This document shows positions 1 through 9,740 of a stretch of 17,925 nt of DNA, piece by piece. The DNA is taken from the NCBI RefSeq assembly GCF_006345805.1, contig NW_021824615.1, forward strand, positions 1 through 17,925. The letters run 5' to 3'. Each line of letters opens with the position of its first letter. Position 1 is the stretch's first letter. This DNA comes from Octopus sinensis (Eukaryota). Made by a program: the position numbers and the translations under genes. The notes beneath the pieces are model-generated. The model worked only from the letters and a program-made list of their open reading frames with translations. It had not been told where the DNA came from and ran no database searches.

Positions 1-162
1 TTCATCTGTCTTTACGTTCTGAGTTCAATTCCGTCGAGATCGACTTTGCCTTTCATCCTTTCAAGGTCGATAAATTAAGTACCAGTTACGTAGTGGTATC
101 GATCTAATCGACTGGCCCCTTCCCCCAAAAATTTCGGGCCTTGTGCATAAAGTAGAAAAGAA
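1..162 (+). mobile_element. tRNA-derived SINE family A copy (5' end cut by window edge)
   Basis: Body ACGTTCTGAGTTCAATTCCGTCGAGATCGACTTTGCCTTTCATCCTTTC...GTCGATAAATTAAGTACCAGT matches the copies at 163-362 and 15472-16020; contains a B-box-like GAGTTCAA. Confidence 0.85.
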
Positions 163-362
163 ATGTTAGCACGCCGTGTGAGATGCTTAGCAGTATTTCG
201 TCTGTCTTTACGTTCTGAGTTCAAATTCAGCCGAGGTCGACTTTGACTTTCATCCTTTTGGGGTCGATAAATTAAGTATCAGTTTTGTACTTGCCTCAAT
301 CTAATCGACTGGCCTCTTCCCCCAAAATTCTGGGCCTTGTGCCTACTGTATTAAAGAATTAT
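163..362 (+). mobile_element. SINE family A copy, tandem to previous
   Basis: GTTAGCACGCC...ATGCTTAGCAGTATTTCGTCTGTCTTTACGTTCTGAGTTCAAATTC...; shares the 3' tail GACTGGCC..CCCCCAAAATT..GGGCCTTGTGC with the copy at 1-162. Confidence 0.85.
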
Positions 363-550
363 ATCGGCATCTAACCAGTCTCCAAACGTCTCTTGCCTCT
401 TCGTACATATCTATGTAGACATAAGTATGAGTTGCTCGGTTTATTGGCGAGTAAGTGACCGAGGTAACAAAATTTACCCTGAACGGTATATCAATTCGTT
501 ACATAGTACAATGCCAGCAATTTTAAGGCCACATAAGTCAAATGCATCGT

Positions 551-700
551 CCTTAGTACTTACTTTATTTTATCGACCTCAAAAGGAAGAAAGGCAAAGC
601 ATATCTCGGTGGGATTTAATAAACTCAGAACGCACAGAGCTAGAAGAAATGCCGATAATCATTTTGTACAACGCGCTAACAATTCCGCTAACTCGCTACC
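551..700 (-). mobile_element. SINE family A copy, diverged, head retained
   Basis: Reverse complement reads GGTAGCGAGTTAGCGGAATTGTTAGCGCG...GCGTTCTGAGTTT...CTTTGCCTTTCTTCCTTTTGAGGTCGATAAAATAAAGTA. Confidence 0.75.
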
Positions 701-838
701 TTAGTGCTTTGTTTAACGACCTCAACAGGATGAGGATCAAAAATGATCTCGACAGTATTTGAACAGAATGTGGAGAGAATCGGATTAAATATCGCATGGT
801 TTTCTATCCAAGCCTCTAAAAACTCCGGCAATTCGCTG
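701..838 (-). mobile_element. SINE family A copy, older and more diverged
   Basis: Plus strand GACCTCAACAGGATGAGGATCAAAAATGATCTCGACAGTATTTGAAC aligns by eye with the reverse complement of the family A body (GACCCCGAAAGGATGAAAGGCAAAGTCGACCTCGGCGGAATTTGAAC). Confidence 0.55.
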
Positions 839-1063
839 ATTTTTGTCAGTGATATGGAATGTATGATGTCAATATTAATATATGTACTTCCTCATGTGTT
901 TTTGTGTGCATATTTTTGCATGTATATTATATTTATTCTACTTTGGAGTAGTCAGTACTTTATATTTATGACATATATAGCGGAAGATTAATACGTGTGT
1001 GTGTTTATATATGCATGTGTGTGTCTGGCGTAGGAGCGGTACCTATCTTATTATATATATATG

Positions 1064-1106
<43 letters not shown>
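1064..1106. repeat. (TG)n microsatellite
   Basis: Directly visible dinucleotide run. Confidence 0.95.
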
Positions 1107-1107
<1 letters not shown>

Positions 1108-1338
1108 CTTCTTTTTATCTTGAACTTGTCTTAATCATTAGAATGTGCCCATGCTGGGGCACCGCCTTGAAGAATATTTAGTCGAATGTATCGACCTCAG
1201 GAGTTTTTAAAGTCTCTTACTTATACTATCGGTTTCTTTTTGCAGAACCACTAGTTAAGGGGATATAAACACACCAGCGCTGATTTACAAGCAGTGCTGA
1301 GGGGACGAACATAGACTCAAAGACCGGCACACACACAA

Positions 1339-1404
<66 letters not shown>

Positions 1405-1522
1405 CATACATATATACACTACTTTCAGTTACTGTCAGCAAGATCCACTCACAAGGCCTTGGTCGGCCCGAGGTTATAGCAAAAAGATATTTCCAAGGTG
1501 CCATGCAGTGGGACTGAACTCG
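1108..1522 (-). mobile_element. tRNA-derived SINE family B with internal (TA)n(TG)n microsatellite, 5'-truncated
   Basis: Reverse complement GAGTTCAGTCCCACTGCATGGCACCTTGG...CTCGGGCCGACCAAGGCCTTGTGAGTGGAT matches the plus-strand copy at 9585-9740. It continues through a (TG)n tract (1328-1402) and a tail ending GGCGGTGCCCCAGCATGG...ACAAGT. Confidence 0.85.
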
Positions 1523-1752
1523 AAGTATATCTATATCTATATAATATAAAATAGTAAACACATTGTCGATTAGACCAGAGTCCGAAACCATCGAGCTACA
1601 GACCTGACCCGTGTCGCGAACCTGAACCGCGCCGTGGACCTATACCAGGCCGTGGATCATTTGGTGCTGGACAGCAAAGAAAGAATAGGCAATGTAATGA
1701 TAGTAGAAATAAACTGTATAATATACAATGGAATAATTATGTTTACATTATA

Positions 1753-2318
1753 TTAGGTTGTCCAGAAAGTTCATGCCGATTTGTAGTAGCTTACCTTTCG
1801 ACTTATTTTAGAACATGGTTGAGTTCATATATTATGTTTTGACTACACATCCATTTAAAGCACAGTTTAAGCTATCTTTTCGTGGAAGAAGGCTTATGTT
1901 CCTATAACCTGTGTTAATTCTGTAACCCTTTAAAATGGAAGGTAAGGAAGTTCATTTTAGGCACTTGATGATTTGGGAACCAGACAAAAATTGCTGCAGA
2001 TCGGCTGGGATTTGTTACTCCACCCTCCATATTCACCAGATATTGTTCCTTCGGATTTCCACTTATTCAGGTCTCTGCAGAATAGTCTTAATGGCAAAAA
2101 TTTCAATTCCTTGGATGACGTAAAAAAATACCTTGATGAATTCTTTGCCATGAAACCCCCTCAATTCTGGGAAGAGGGTATTTTCAAGTTAAAGGAAAGA
2201 TGGAGACGCATTGTGCAACAAAATGGTTCATATTTGGTTGATAAAAAATGTAATGGCAAGTATTTATTGACCTTTTTCTTTCCTTTAAAAATCGGCACGA
2301 ACTTTCCGGACAACCCAA
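1753..2318 (+). mobile_element. Internally deleted mariner (Tc1/mariner) DNA transposon, 566 bp, non-autonomous
   Basis: 30-bp TIRs at 1753-1782 (TTAGGTTGTCCAGAAAGTTCATGCCGATTT) and 2289-2318 match at 27/30. TA flanks at 1751-1752 and 2319-2320. Transposase remnants lie inside. Confidence 0.95.
1935..2250 (+). pseudogene. Mariner transposase remnant: N-terminal 15 codons fused out of frame to the C-terminal catalytic segment
   Basis: ATG at 1935 gives MEGKEVHFRHLMIWE (mariner N-terminus). After a junction at about 1979 a different frame reads TRQKLLQIGWDLLLHPPYSPDIVPSDFHLFRSLQNSLNGKNF...WEEGIFKLKERWRRIVQQNGSYL, containing the YSPD(L/I)xPxD motif with the third catalytic Asp. Confidence 0.92.
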
Positions 2319-2680
2319 TATAAGTAATAATTAAATTATATAGTGTGGATTTTATTGTGCTTTGTTATGCGCGTGGTCCTGGATAAAACCGGTCTGGATG
2401 TTAAGAAGGTTGGAGACCGTTGGGTTAGCTCACTAAAACGAAGGAATTTGGGAAGGAATTTTTATAGCGAGATACAGTTCCATATAAGAGTGTTCTTTGG
2501 TCGACTCATCAAATACCGGCATCACTGACATCTTAAATAGAAGTATTTTTCATGAATATTTGCAGTAAGTGCAGTAGCAAAATAACAGAGGCGTAAAAAA
2601 CTTCATCATTGTTTTTTCATACAGATAATTAATTCTGCCTTCAATGGTAGAATACACAGGAATGCGCATTCACACACACT

Positions 2681-2732
2681 CACACACACCAGCGCACACA
2701 CACCAGCGCACACACACCAGCGCACACACACC
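2681..2732. repeat. 14-bp minisatellite (CACACACACCAGCG) x3.7
   Basis: Exact units at 2681-2694, 2695-2708 and 2709-2722 plus a partial unit. Confidence 0.9.
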
Positions 2733-3286
2733 ACACATGCACACATACACACACACCTTCACGCACACATTCGCAAATTCACATATACCCACATATACGT
2801 ATATGTGTGTGTGTGTGTGTATTTAATTTTTCTTCATTTTCTTCCTCCCCGTTTCTGTTCAACCATCCATCCATCCATACGTACATACACACATACATAC
2901 ATACATACATGCATACATGCATCTTCCCGTCTGTCCTTCCTTTCAGCTATTTTTTCCTCACTTATTTCTTTCCAAGAACAAAAGCGGAAGTCCAAGAACA
3001 AAAGCAGAATGAGAGAGCAGGGGAGGGGAATAGACGGTGAGACGTGGTGAGAGGGAGAAAGAGGAAAGAGAAATAGAAAGAGAGAGATAGAGCATGGAAG
3101 TGAAGGTGAGTATGCTTGTGTGTGTGTATGTGTGTGCGTGGGTGTTCGTGCGTGCGTAAGAGAGAGCGAGTGAGTAATTCGTAAAAACAATAGTTGAATA
3201 AAGAGGACATCATTCACAACAGGTCTGGTTCTCACAGTATTAGAGCCAAAGATGGCGGAGCAGAGAGAAACACTAAACAGATTTTG

Positions 3287-3524
3287 CGGTGGCGGTGGTG
3301 GTGGTGGTGCTGACGGAGATGATGATGATGATGATGATGATGAAGATGATGGTGAGGATGAAGATGATGATGACGACGACGATGACGACGACGAATAAGA
3401 AGAAAAAGAAGAAGAAGAAGAAGAAGAAGAAGAAGAAGAAGAAGAAGAAGAAGAAGAAGAAGAAGAAGAACAAGAACAAGAACAAGAACAAGAACAAGAA
3501 CAAGAAGAACAACAACAACAACAA
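3287..3524. repeat. Compound trinucleotide tract (GGT)/(GAT)/(GAC)/(AAG)n/(AAGAAC)n/(AAC)n
   Basis: Directly visible; accounts for the poly-M/K/S/L/F ORFs here. Confidence 0.95.
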
Positions 3525-3734
3525 AGTGAAGAAACAATACAGAAGCTGTGTACCGATCTGTATTCCATATTTGCACGTGCACATACACACACACACGCAT
3601 ACACACGCACGCACACATACACACACGCGCGCACTCACACAGGTGCGCTTGCATTGTTGAAGCTTACGCAACGTTGAAGAATTTTCAGTCAAAGGAATCG
3701 ACAATGTTACTGTTTTTGTTTATTTTGCTCAAGC

Positions 3735-3850
3735 CTGGCATTTATTCTATCGTTTTCTATAACTGAACTGCTATATTAAGAGGACGTCAACACACCGACA
3801 CCGGTTGTCAAGTGGTAGTGTGAGGCAAACACAATCACAAAGACACACAT
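3735..3850 (-). mobile_element. SINE family B 3'-half fragment
   Basis: GGACGTCAACACACCGACACCGGTTGTCAAG...GGCAAACAC resembles GGATATAAACACACCAGCGCTGATTTACAAG...GGACGAAC at 1260-1310. Confidence 0.55.
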
Positions 3851-3915
3851 TCACACACTCACTCGTTCACTCATTCACTTGCACACATTCTCTCTCTCTC
3901 TCTCTCTCTCTCTCA

Positions 3916-4011
3916 CTGAAGAACACAACGCGTCATCCTGCCCAAGAATCGAAACCACAATCTTACGATCATGAGTCCGACAACGTAACCAATGAACACT
4001 GCGGCTCCACC
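3916..4011 (-). mobile_element. tRNA-like head of SINE family C (diverged)
   Basis: Reverse complement GGACTCATGATCGTAAGATTGTGGTTTCGATTCTTGGG...GCGTTGTG matches the head at 8340-8426; B-box-like GGTTTCGATTC. Confidence 0.6.
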
Positions 4012-4270
4012 CATAGACATATACACATATACACATATGCGCGCGCGCGCGCGTGTGTGTATGTCTGTGTATGTGTGTGTCTGTGTCTTTTTCTTTTGAT
4101 TTTTACTGATCCCCAGGATTGGTAAGGCTTGTTACATGGTTTCCATAGCATATAAATGACCGGGATCACAACATTACGCCCGAAAGGAACATCGGTCCAT
4201 TGCAGAGTCAGGACCAGCAATTTTGAAAGTACGGGGTTCATGATAGATCGAGTACATGGACTTAGTATTT

Positions 4271-4348
4271 AACTGGTACTTGATTTTCTCCCCGCTCCGA
4301 AGGAATGAAAGGCAAAGTTGACCTCGCTGGGTCAACTTACTCAGAACG
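4271..4348 (-). mobile_element. SINE family A body fragment
   Basis: AACTGGTACTT...GAAGGAATGAAAGGCAAAGTTGACCTCG...ACTCAGAACG is the reverse complement of the family A body. Confidence 0.75.
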
Positions 4349-4592
4349 GGGAATTACAACTGTGTTTCGTGGTCTGCCACCACAACAGCTCCTTTATAGG
4401 ATCCAGTTGGCTCAAGACATCATCAGGAGGAACCACGTCCGGTTTCGGCCCCTACTCCTCTACCGTTTTGACGAGCCGGGGTCCCCGCTTTCGAAGGTGT
4501 CTTCAGCTCTGGTGTTGAGTGCATATCTTCTTTCTTCTTCTTTCTTCTGTTCCCTGGCCTCTTCGATGTAGCGTCAGCGAGTGTCAGCCGGT

Positions 4593-4624
4593 GACTGACC
4601 TGTCAAATTTTTCCCCTTTAAATA
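4593..4624 (-). promoter_or_regulatory. Candidate TATA plus initiator core promoter
   Basis: On the minus strand TATTTAAA (4624-4617) is followed by TCAGTC (4598-4593), with the Inr A 28 nt from the first T. Motif match only; no transcript evidence. Confidence 0.25.
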
Positions 4625-4915
4625 CCTGCCGTCAGCCTCCAGTAGGCAGCCCCAGCCAGTTGTCACGTGACACTGTCTCACCATAACTGACCAGTGAAGG
4701 CGCGTAGTCTTGTACACAAAAGTACAAATACATAAACTGTAAAAGGGATTTAAAAATCCTGACAGATATCCATAAAGCACTCAGTGTTAAAGAAACTTCG
4801 TTAACAATATCCAGCAATCAGATATCAATAACTGCAAGTAGAATAAACGTCCATGTTTATTGTATGACAAATAGATCCAAATATTGTTTAGAAGAATTTC
4901 AAGAAATTCGGAGTA

Positions 4916-5338
4916 GGATCTTTTCGGTTTGAACGGCAGTTTTTAAAAATAATTTCCACGTAACTAAACACTTTTAAACCTCGTATTCTGGTAGAATGTA
5001 TTTATAAAACATCTTTTTCTCTTGGCTTTATTGAGAAAATTCTATAGTTTGTAAGATATTTGTTGTTGTTTTTTCTTCAATTTCTTCAATTTCAACCAAT
5101 CAATGACGTCCATTGAGGTAAGAAACATTCTGTGCCGTATGAATATGTCCATCGTTTAAGAAACAGATTGGATTTATTTACATTTGTGAAGAAAAAAGAT
5201 ACCCTTCCCCCACCCCAAACCCTAACCCTAACCCTAAAAGAGATTGAAATGCAATAGATCGATTCTAGGGTCATAATTATGGGTGACAATTTCATATGAC
5301 ACCGCTAGAAAAAACTGCCGTTCAAACCGAAAAGATCC
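4916..5338. mobile_element. MITE-like non-autonomous DNA transposon, 423 bp
   Basis: Perfect 29-bp TIRs: GGATCTTTTCGGTTTGAACGGCAGTTTTT (4916-4944) and its reverse complement (5310-5338). No coding capacity. No clear TSD (flanks GGAGTA / GGAATG), so the superfamily is unassigned. Confidence 0.85.
5220..5237 (-). repeat. (TTAGGG)3 telomere-type repeat inside the MITE
   Basis: CCCTAACCCTAACCCTAA on the plus strand, adjacent to further C-runs at 5202-5216. Confidence 0.9.
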
Positions 5339-5401
5339 GGAATGCCGAATCTCGAAACAAGTAAAGTTCTTTTCAGACAGAAAAAGGGTCGAAGGCAACC
5401 C

Positions 5402-5460
5402 ATAAGGCTCGAACCCACATCTTCTGTAAATATGATTGGCATTCAACCGCTGGACCAACT
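5402..5460 (-). other. Degenerate tRNA-like sequence (probable SINE head or tRNA pseudogene)
   Basis: Reverse complement has A-box-like TGGTCCAGCGG and B-box GGGTTCGAGCC with a wobble-rich T-stem; no intact anticodon or acceptor stem. Confidence 0.4.
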
Positions 5461-6068
5461 AAACAATCCTTCTAATTTCTGTCATTTATAAAATTTATAT
5501 GCGTATCGCGAGTTACGAAGATTATTTATGTACGTAACACGTGTTTATTTTAATTATTGTCTGTATCTGAACAATATGGTCTTGTGCCTATAACAGTCGA
5601 ACAATTCGTATCACTTGGTGTACGGATTATATTTACGTTTTATAAAAGAAATAAAAGGTGCTGAAGTAGCAGAAGTGACTAAGAAACGAAGAAAGGAAGA
5701 AGAAAAGGCTTTGGGCAGAAGATAGAATAATAACTAAAGTCAGTCGATGAAAGATATAAAGTGGAGAGCACGGTGAAATCGTTTGAGGTGTTTGTTATAG
5801 ATACGACGGCAAGTGCGCTACATTGTTGCGTGTTAGACCACATATCATGTATTAAATACAGATGCTTTCATGGAAGTGGGATGTGTGTGTGTGTGATAGG
5901 TTTTTGCTCTTGTTCGTGTGCTTGAGTGTGCGGAGTGGGTGCAGATAACTACGAAAACTATAGTTTCGTGTATGCGTCAGGGTCGATAACGGCGATCATC
6001 AGAGGACTAGTGTTAAAGATATGTTACATATATTTCGGTGAGTGTGTGTGTCGTTGTGTGAGGATATC

Positions 6069-6070
<2 letters not shown>

Positions 6071-6132
<62 letters not shown>

Positions 6133-6412
6133 TGGTGTGTGTGTGTGTGTGTAAATATGAATGTATGTATATGTATGTGCTCTTTCACACACACACACAT
6201 ATACATATATATATGCATGCGTTGTGTGTAAGTATAACAATAGTACACTCATATGATATACTGTGATCATCTAACACCATCCACACCGAAAACGTGTGTG
6301 AAGTATGTTAATCCTTATGCACGCCAACACATGCAACCACACAGATTTGAGTGCATGCGTATGCATGTATATGTATACACACATACACACACACAAACAC
6401 GTACATACAAAG

Positions 6413-6467
<55 letters not shown>

Positions 6468-6830
6468 GACAGGGAGATATATCGTTATATGTGCATGTTT
6501 GTGTATAGATGTGTGTGTCTATATATCTATGCTGATAGATGTATGTGTAAGAACACAAATGTAAGTGCGTGTGTATACATATACCTATATATACACACAC
6601 ATATATACATATATATGAACATATATATATATTTGTATATGTATATATATATATACATGTGTATATACATATACACATATATATACATACACATGAGCAT
6701 ATAGGCTCATATAGACGAAAACTAGCAGCCATGCATATATGCATGCATATATACATATATATATATATATATATATGTTTTGTGAGAGTGTGTGTGTATA
6801 CACATATATACATACATACACACATATTAC
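6071..6830. repeat. (TA)n and mixed (TA)/(CA)/(TG) microsatellite field
   Basis: Directly visible; pure (TA)n at 6071-6125. Confidence 0.9.
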
Positions 6831-7243
6831 CAGCCAATATATACACAGCCCCATTTCTATTACATGTTCATGTTGCAACTAAGGAGAGGGAAAGGGAAAG
6901 AAAAGAAAGGAAAAAAAGGAAAAAGAAAACAAAAAAAAACTTAAATCAAATAAACCAACAGCCAACTAACAAAATGCTAGATCGATCCTGATGAAAGTAA
7001 GTGGTAGTAGTGGTGGTTTGGGTAGAATAAGAACAAGAAGAAGAAGAACGGAAAAACAAAAGAAAAAATCAATATGAAGGCAAAGAGTTCCACTGAATAG
7101 CTTCGCTGGAAAAGCATATGGAGAGTAAAGGAGAATAAAGAATGAAATGGCTAAAACGGGGAATTAAAACCGGGTCGTAGCTTCGGTTCATCAGCCACCT
7201 AACTCCACGCTACACTACTTTGCTTCCTGTACACTGGGGGAAA

Positions 7244-7304
<61 letters not shown>

Positions 7305-7344
7305 ATACACATATATATATATGTGTGTGTGTGTGTGTGTATAC

Positions 7345-7376
<32 letters not shown>

Positions 7377-7578
7377 ATACATATATATATATGTGTGTGT
7401 GTGTATGTGTGTATACATATATATATATATGTGTGTGTGTGTGTGGGTGTATACATATATATATATATATATATGTTGTGGTGTGTATTATATATATAAT
7501 ATATAATAATAAAATGTAATCCATATATATGTTTGGGTATATACATATATATATGTGTGTGTATGTATATACATATAT

Positions 7579-7617
<39 letters not shown>

Positions 7618-7830
7618 TACATATATGCGTATGTATATATATATATATATATATACATACATACATAAATATATTGAGTGTGTGTGTGTGTAAAATATAT
7701 ATATGTGTGTGTGTCTATATAAATATATATATATATATGTATGTATGTAAATATATTTATATATATATATATATGTATGTATATGTATAAATATGTGTCT
7801 ATATAACTATCTATCTATCTATATATATAT
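7244..7830. repeat. Compound (TG)n(TA)n microsatellite with about 30-bp higher-order blocks
   Basis: Blocks of GTGTGTGTGTGTATACATATATATATAT recur at 7244-7475, followed by a (TA)-rich field. Confidence 0.9.
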
Positions 7831-7887
7831 ACACACACACAAGCTAGCTATCAGCCTTCGTGTGCATTATCTATCTCTCAATCTGTT

Positions 7888-7921
<34 letters not shown>

Positions 7922-8218
7922 ATCTGTCTATCTGTCTGTCTGCCTGTCTGTTTATCTATCTGTCTATTCATCAATCTACCAATCTATATATCTATCTATA
8001 CAAATGCTCCGCCTTGGCTATATATATATTGCAATGCTTTGTCTCCTGCCCAGTAAAGAGAAAAATTGAAACAAAATAGAATACAATAAGCTAAAATAAA
8101 ACAAAAAAGAAATACGTTAAAGAAGATCTGTGTATGCAAAACTTACGTGTAGAGACACATTCGAGTACGTAGATAGAAAGATAATTACGTGCACGTAGGC
8201 ATGCATACATACACAAGC

Positions 8219-8426
8219 ACTCTTTTACTTGTTTGAGTCACTTGACTGTGGTCAAGCTGGAGCACAGCCTATTGTACAACAGGGGTCGCCACCACCCTCT
8301 GCCGGAGCCTTGTGGAATTTTAGGTGTTTTTGCTCAATAAACACACACAACGCCCGATCTGGGAATCGAAACCGCGATCCTCTGACCACGAGTCCGCCTA
8401 CCTAACCACTGGGCTATTGCGCCTCC
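8219..8426 (-). mobile_element. SINE family C tRNA-like head joined to a family B-type 3' tail
   Basis: Reverse complement GGAGGCGCAATAGCCCAGTGGTTAGG...GGTTTCGATTCCC has A and B boxes. Segment 8227-8270 matches the family B tail at 1124-1167 at 33/44 ungapped. Confidence 0.75.
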
Positions 8427-8456
8427 TATGGTCATTGCGTCTCCTATTAGAATACA

Positions 8457-8567
8457 ATAGATCTGCTCCCAGGAAGTCAAGCAAATGGAAGTCTCCAGGA
8501 AAGGATAAAATTCCTAACCTTCTGGTTGAATGCCTTCCCAGAGAGCCTAGTCATAACAGCAACTTGA
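8457..8567 (+). pseudogene. Short fragment of a non-LTR retrotransposon ORF, R4/Dong-like, just upstream of RT
   Basis: RSAPRKSSKWKSPGKDKIPN, then a 1-nt frameshift, then FWLNAFPES. Resembles the WK(S/A)PGxDxIxN(F/Y)WL motif recalled for R4/Dong-clade elements; clade not verified by search. Confidence 0.6.
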
Positions 8568-8655
8568 AATTCTAATCTGTTGTCTCTTCGGGTGTCTGGG
8601 TCAGACCTGGAGTCAAATTGTACAAATACAAAGCAAAAGTCAAATCTAATGATGA

Positions 8656-8657
8656 TG

Positions 8658-8722
<65 letters not shown>
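8656..8722. repeat. (AAT)n microsatellite
   Basis: Directly visible. Confidence 0.95.
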
Positions 8723-8724
<2 letters not shown>

Positions 8725-8790
8725 TGATGATAATAACGATGATGATGGTATACACATACGCACACATACATATAGATACATATATTTATC

Positions 8791-8852
8791 GCAACTGTCT
8801 GACGAACGGTCACGTGAAACTGACTTTGTGAAAACTTTCCGGTTTCAATAGT
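8791..8852 (+). ncRNA. Hammerhead-ribozyme-like motif with uncertain cleavage arm
   Basis: CTGACGA (8799-8805), stem II ACG/CGT with loop GTCA, then GAAAC (8816-8820). Stem I and the NUH site do not register cleanly. Confidence 0.4.
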
Positions 8853-8938
8853 GTTTGATATAGATAGATGGATAGATGGATGGATAGATAAATAGATAGA
8901 GATATCGATATAGATATGTAGATATATACATGAATAAA

Positions 8939-8976
<38 letters not shown>

Positions 8977-9584
8977 TGTGTGTGTGTGTGTAGAAATGCA
9001 TACATGAATACATGAAGTTGTATGCAAATATACACACAGTACACACGCTCACACACATATTCACTCAAACACACGCACACGCACACACACTCACACGTCT
9101 ATATTCATGTGGGAAAACTTAAACATGTATAATGTATATAAATTGATAGAGCTGTTGAAACAATATGAGTAATAAGCAGAATTCAATGCGATGCACACAG
9201 CGCGTGCACTAACGCAAGCAATCAGGCACACATCACTTTCTCTGAGTGCGCGTGCGTGCGTGCGTGTATGCGTGCGTGCGTGTGTGCGTGCGTGCGTGTG
9301 TGCGTGTGCTCTGGCTCGCGTTTCTTTACATGAGAAAATACAGGCATAACTGATTAACACGATAAGCATGCGCACACGTTTGTATGAATATGTTTCATGC
9401 ACGTGAGTTTCTGTGCATTTGTGTCTGTGTTTCGTTGGAGAAACACGAGAGAAAAACTTAACACGTGGGTCTATATACTTTGTTACTTTTAAACGGCAGA
9501 AAATTGGGGGGAGAATACTCACGTGCATGCAACGAAACTCGTGGCCTCCGAGTCACCTTTATAACTTCCTACGCATTAAGGGTA

Positions 9585-9740
9585 ATAGGGTGTGCTGTGT
9601 AGGTAGCTTGCTTACCAACCACATGGTTTACATGTTCAGTCCCACTGCGTGGCACCTTGGGCAAGTGTCTTCTGCTATAGCCTCGGGCCGACCAAAGCCT
9701 TATGAGTGAATTTGGTAGACGGAAACTGAAAGAAGCTCCT
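9585..9740 (+). mobile_element. SINE family B 5' half
   Basis: GTAGCTTGCTTACCAACCACATGG...GTTCAGTCCCACTGCGTGGCACCTTGGGCAAGTGTCTTCTGCTATAGCCTCGGGCCGACCAAAGCC matches the reverse complement of 1430-1522. Confidence 0.85.

Noticed and set aside
551-708. CCTTAGTACT / CCTTAGTGCT as a target-site duplication
   Set aside because: Explained by equivalent positions in two tandem SINE copies.
1973-2323. 116-aa ORF as a functional CDS
   Set aside because: Starts at a TTG just before the deletion junction and lacks the DNA-binding domain and the first two catalytic aspartates; listed as a pseudogene.
2834-3704. Poly-S/L/F/K ORFs
   Set aside because: Compound (AAG)n microsatellite.
4480-4510. Minus-strand CTGAAGA-CACCTTC-GAAAG
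   Set aside because: No stem II pairing and no stem I/III.
5948-6005. Minus-strand CTGATGA...GAAACTATAGTT with a palindromic stem III-like segment
   Set aside because: 15 extra unpaired nucleotides between stem II and GAAA, and no stem I.
7168-7200. Minus-strand CTGATGA followed by an ACCG/CGGT stem
   Set aside because: No GAAA after the stem, so the hammerhead core is incomplete.
5926-7900. Many YI/HT/CV-repeat ORFs
   Set aside because: Dinucleotide repeats read in frame.
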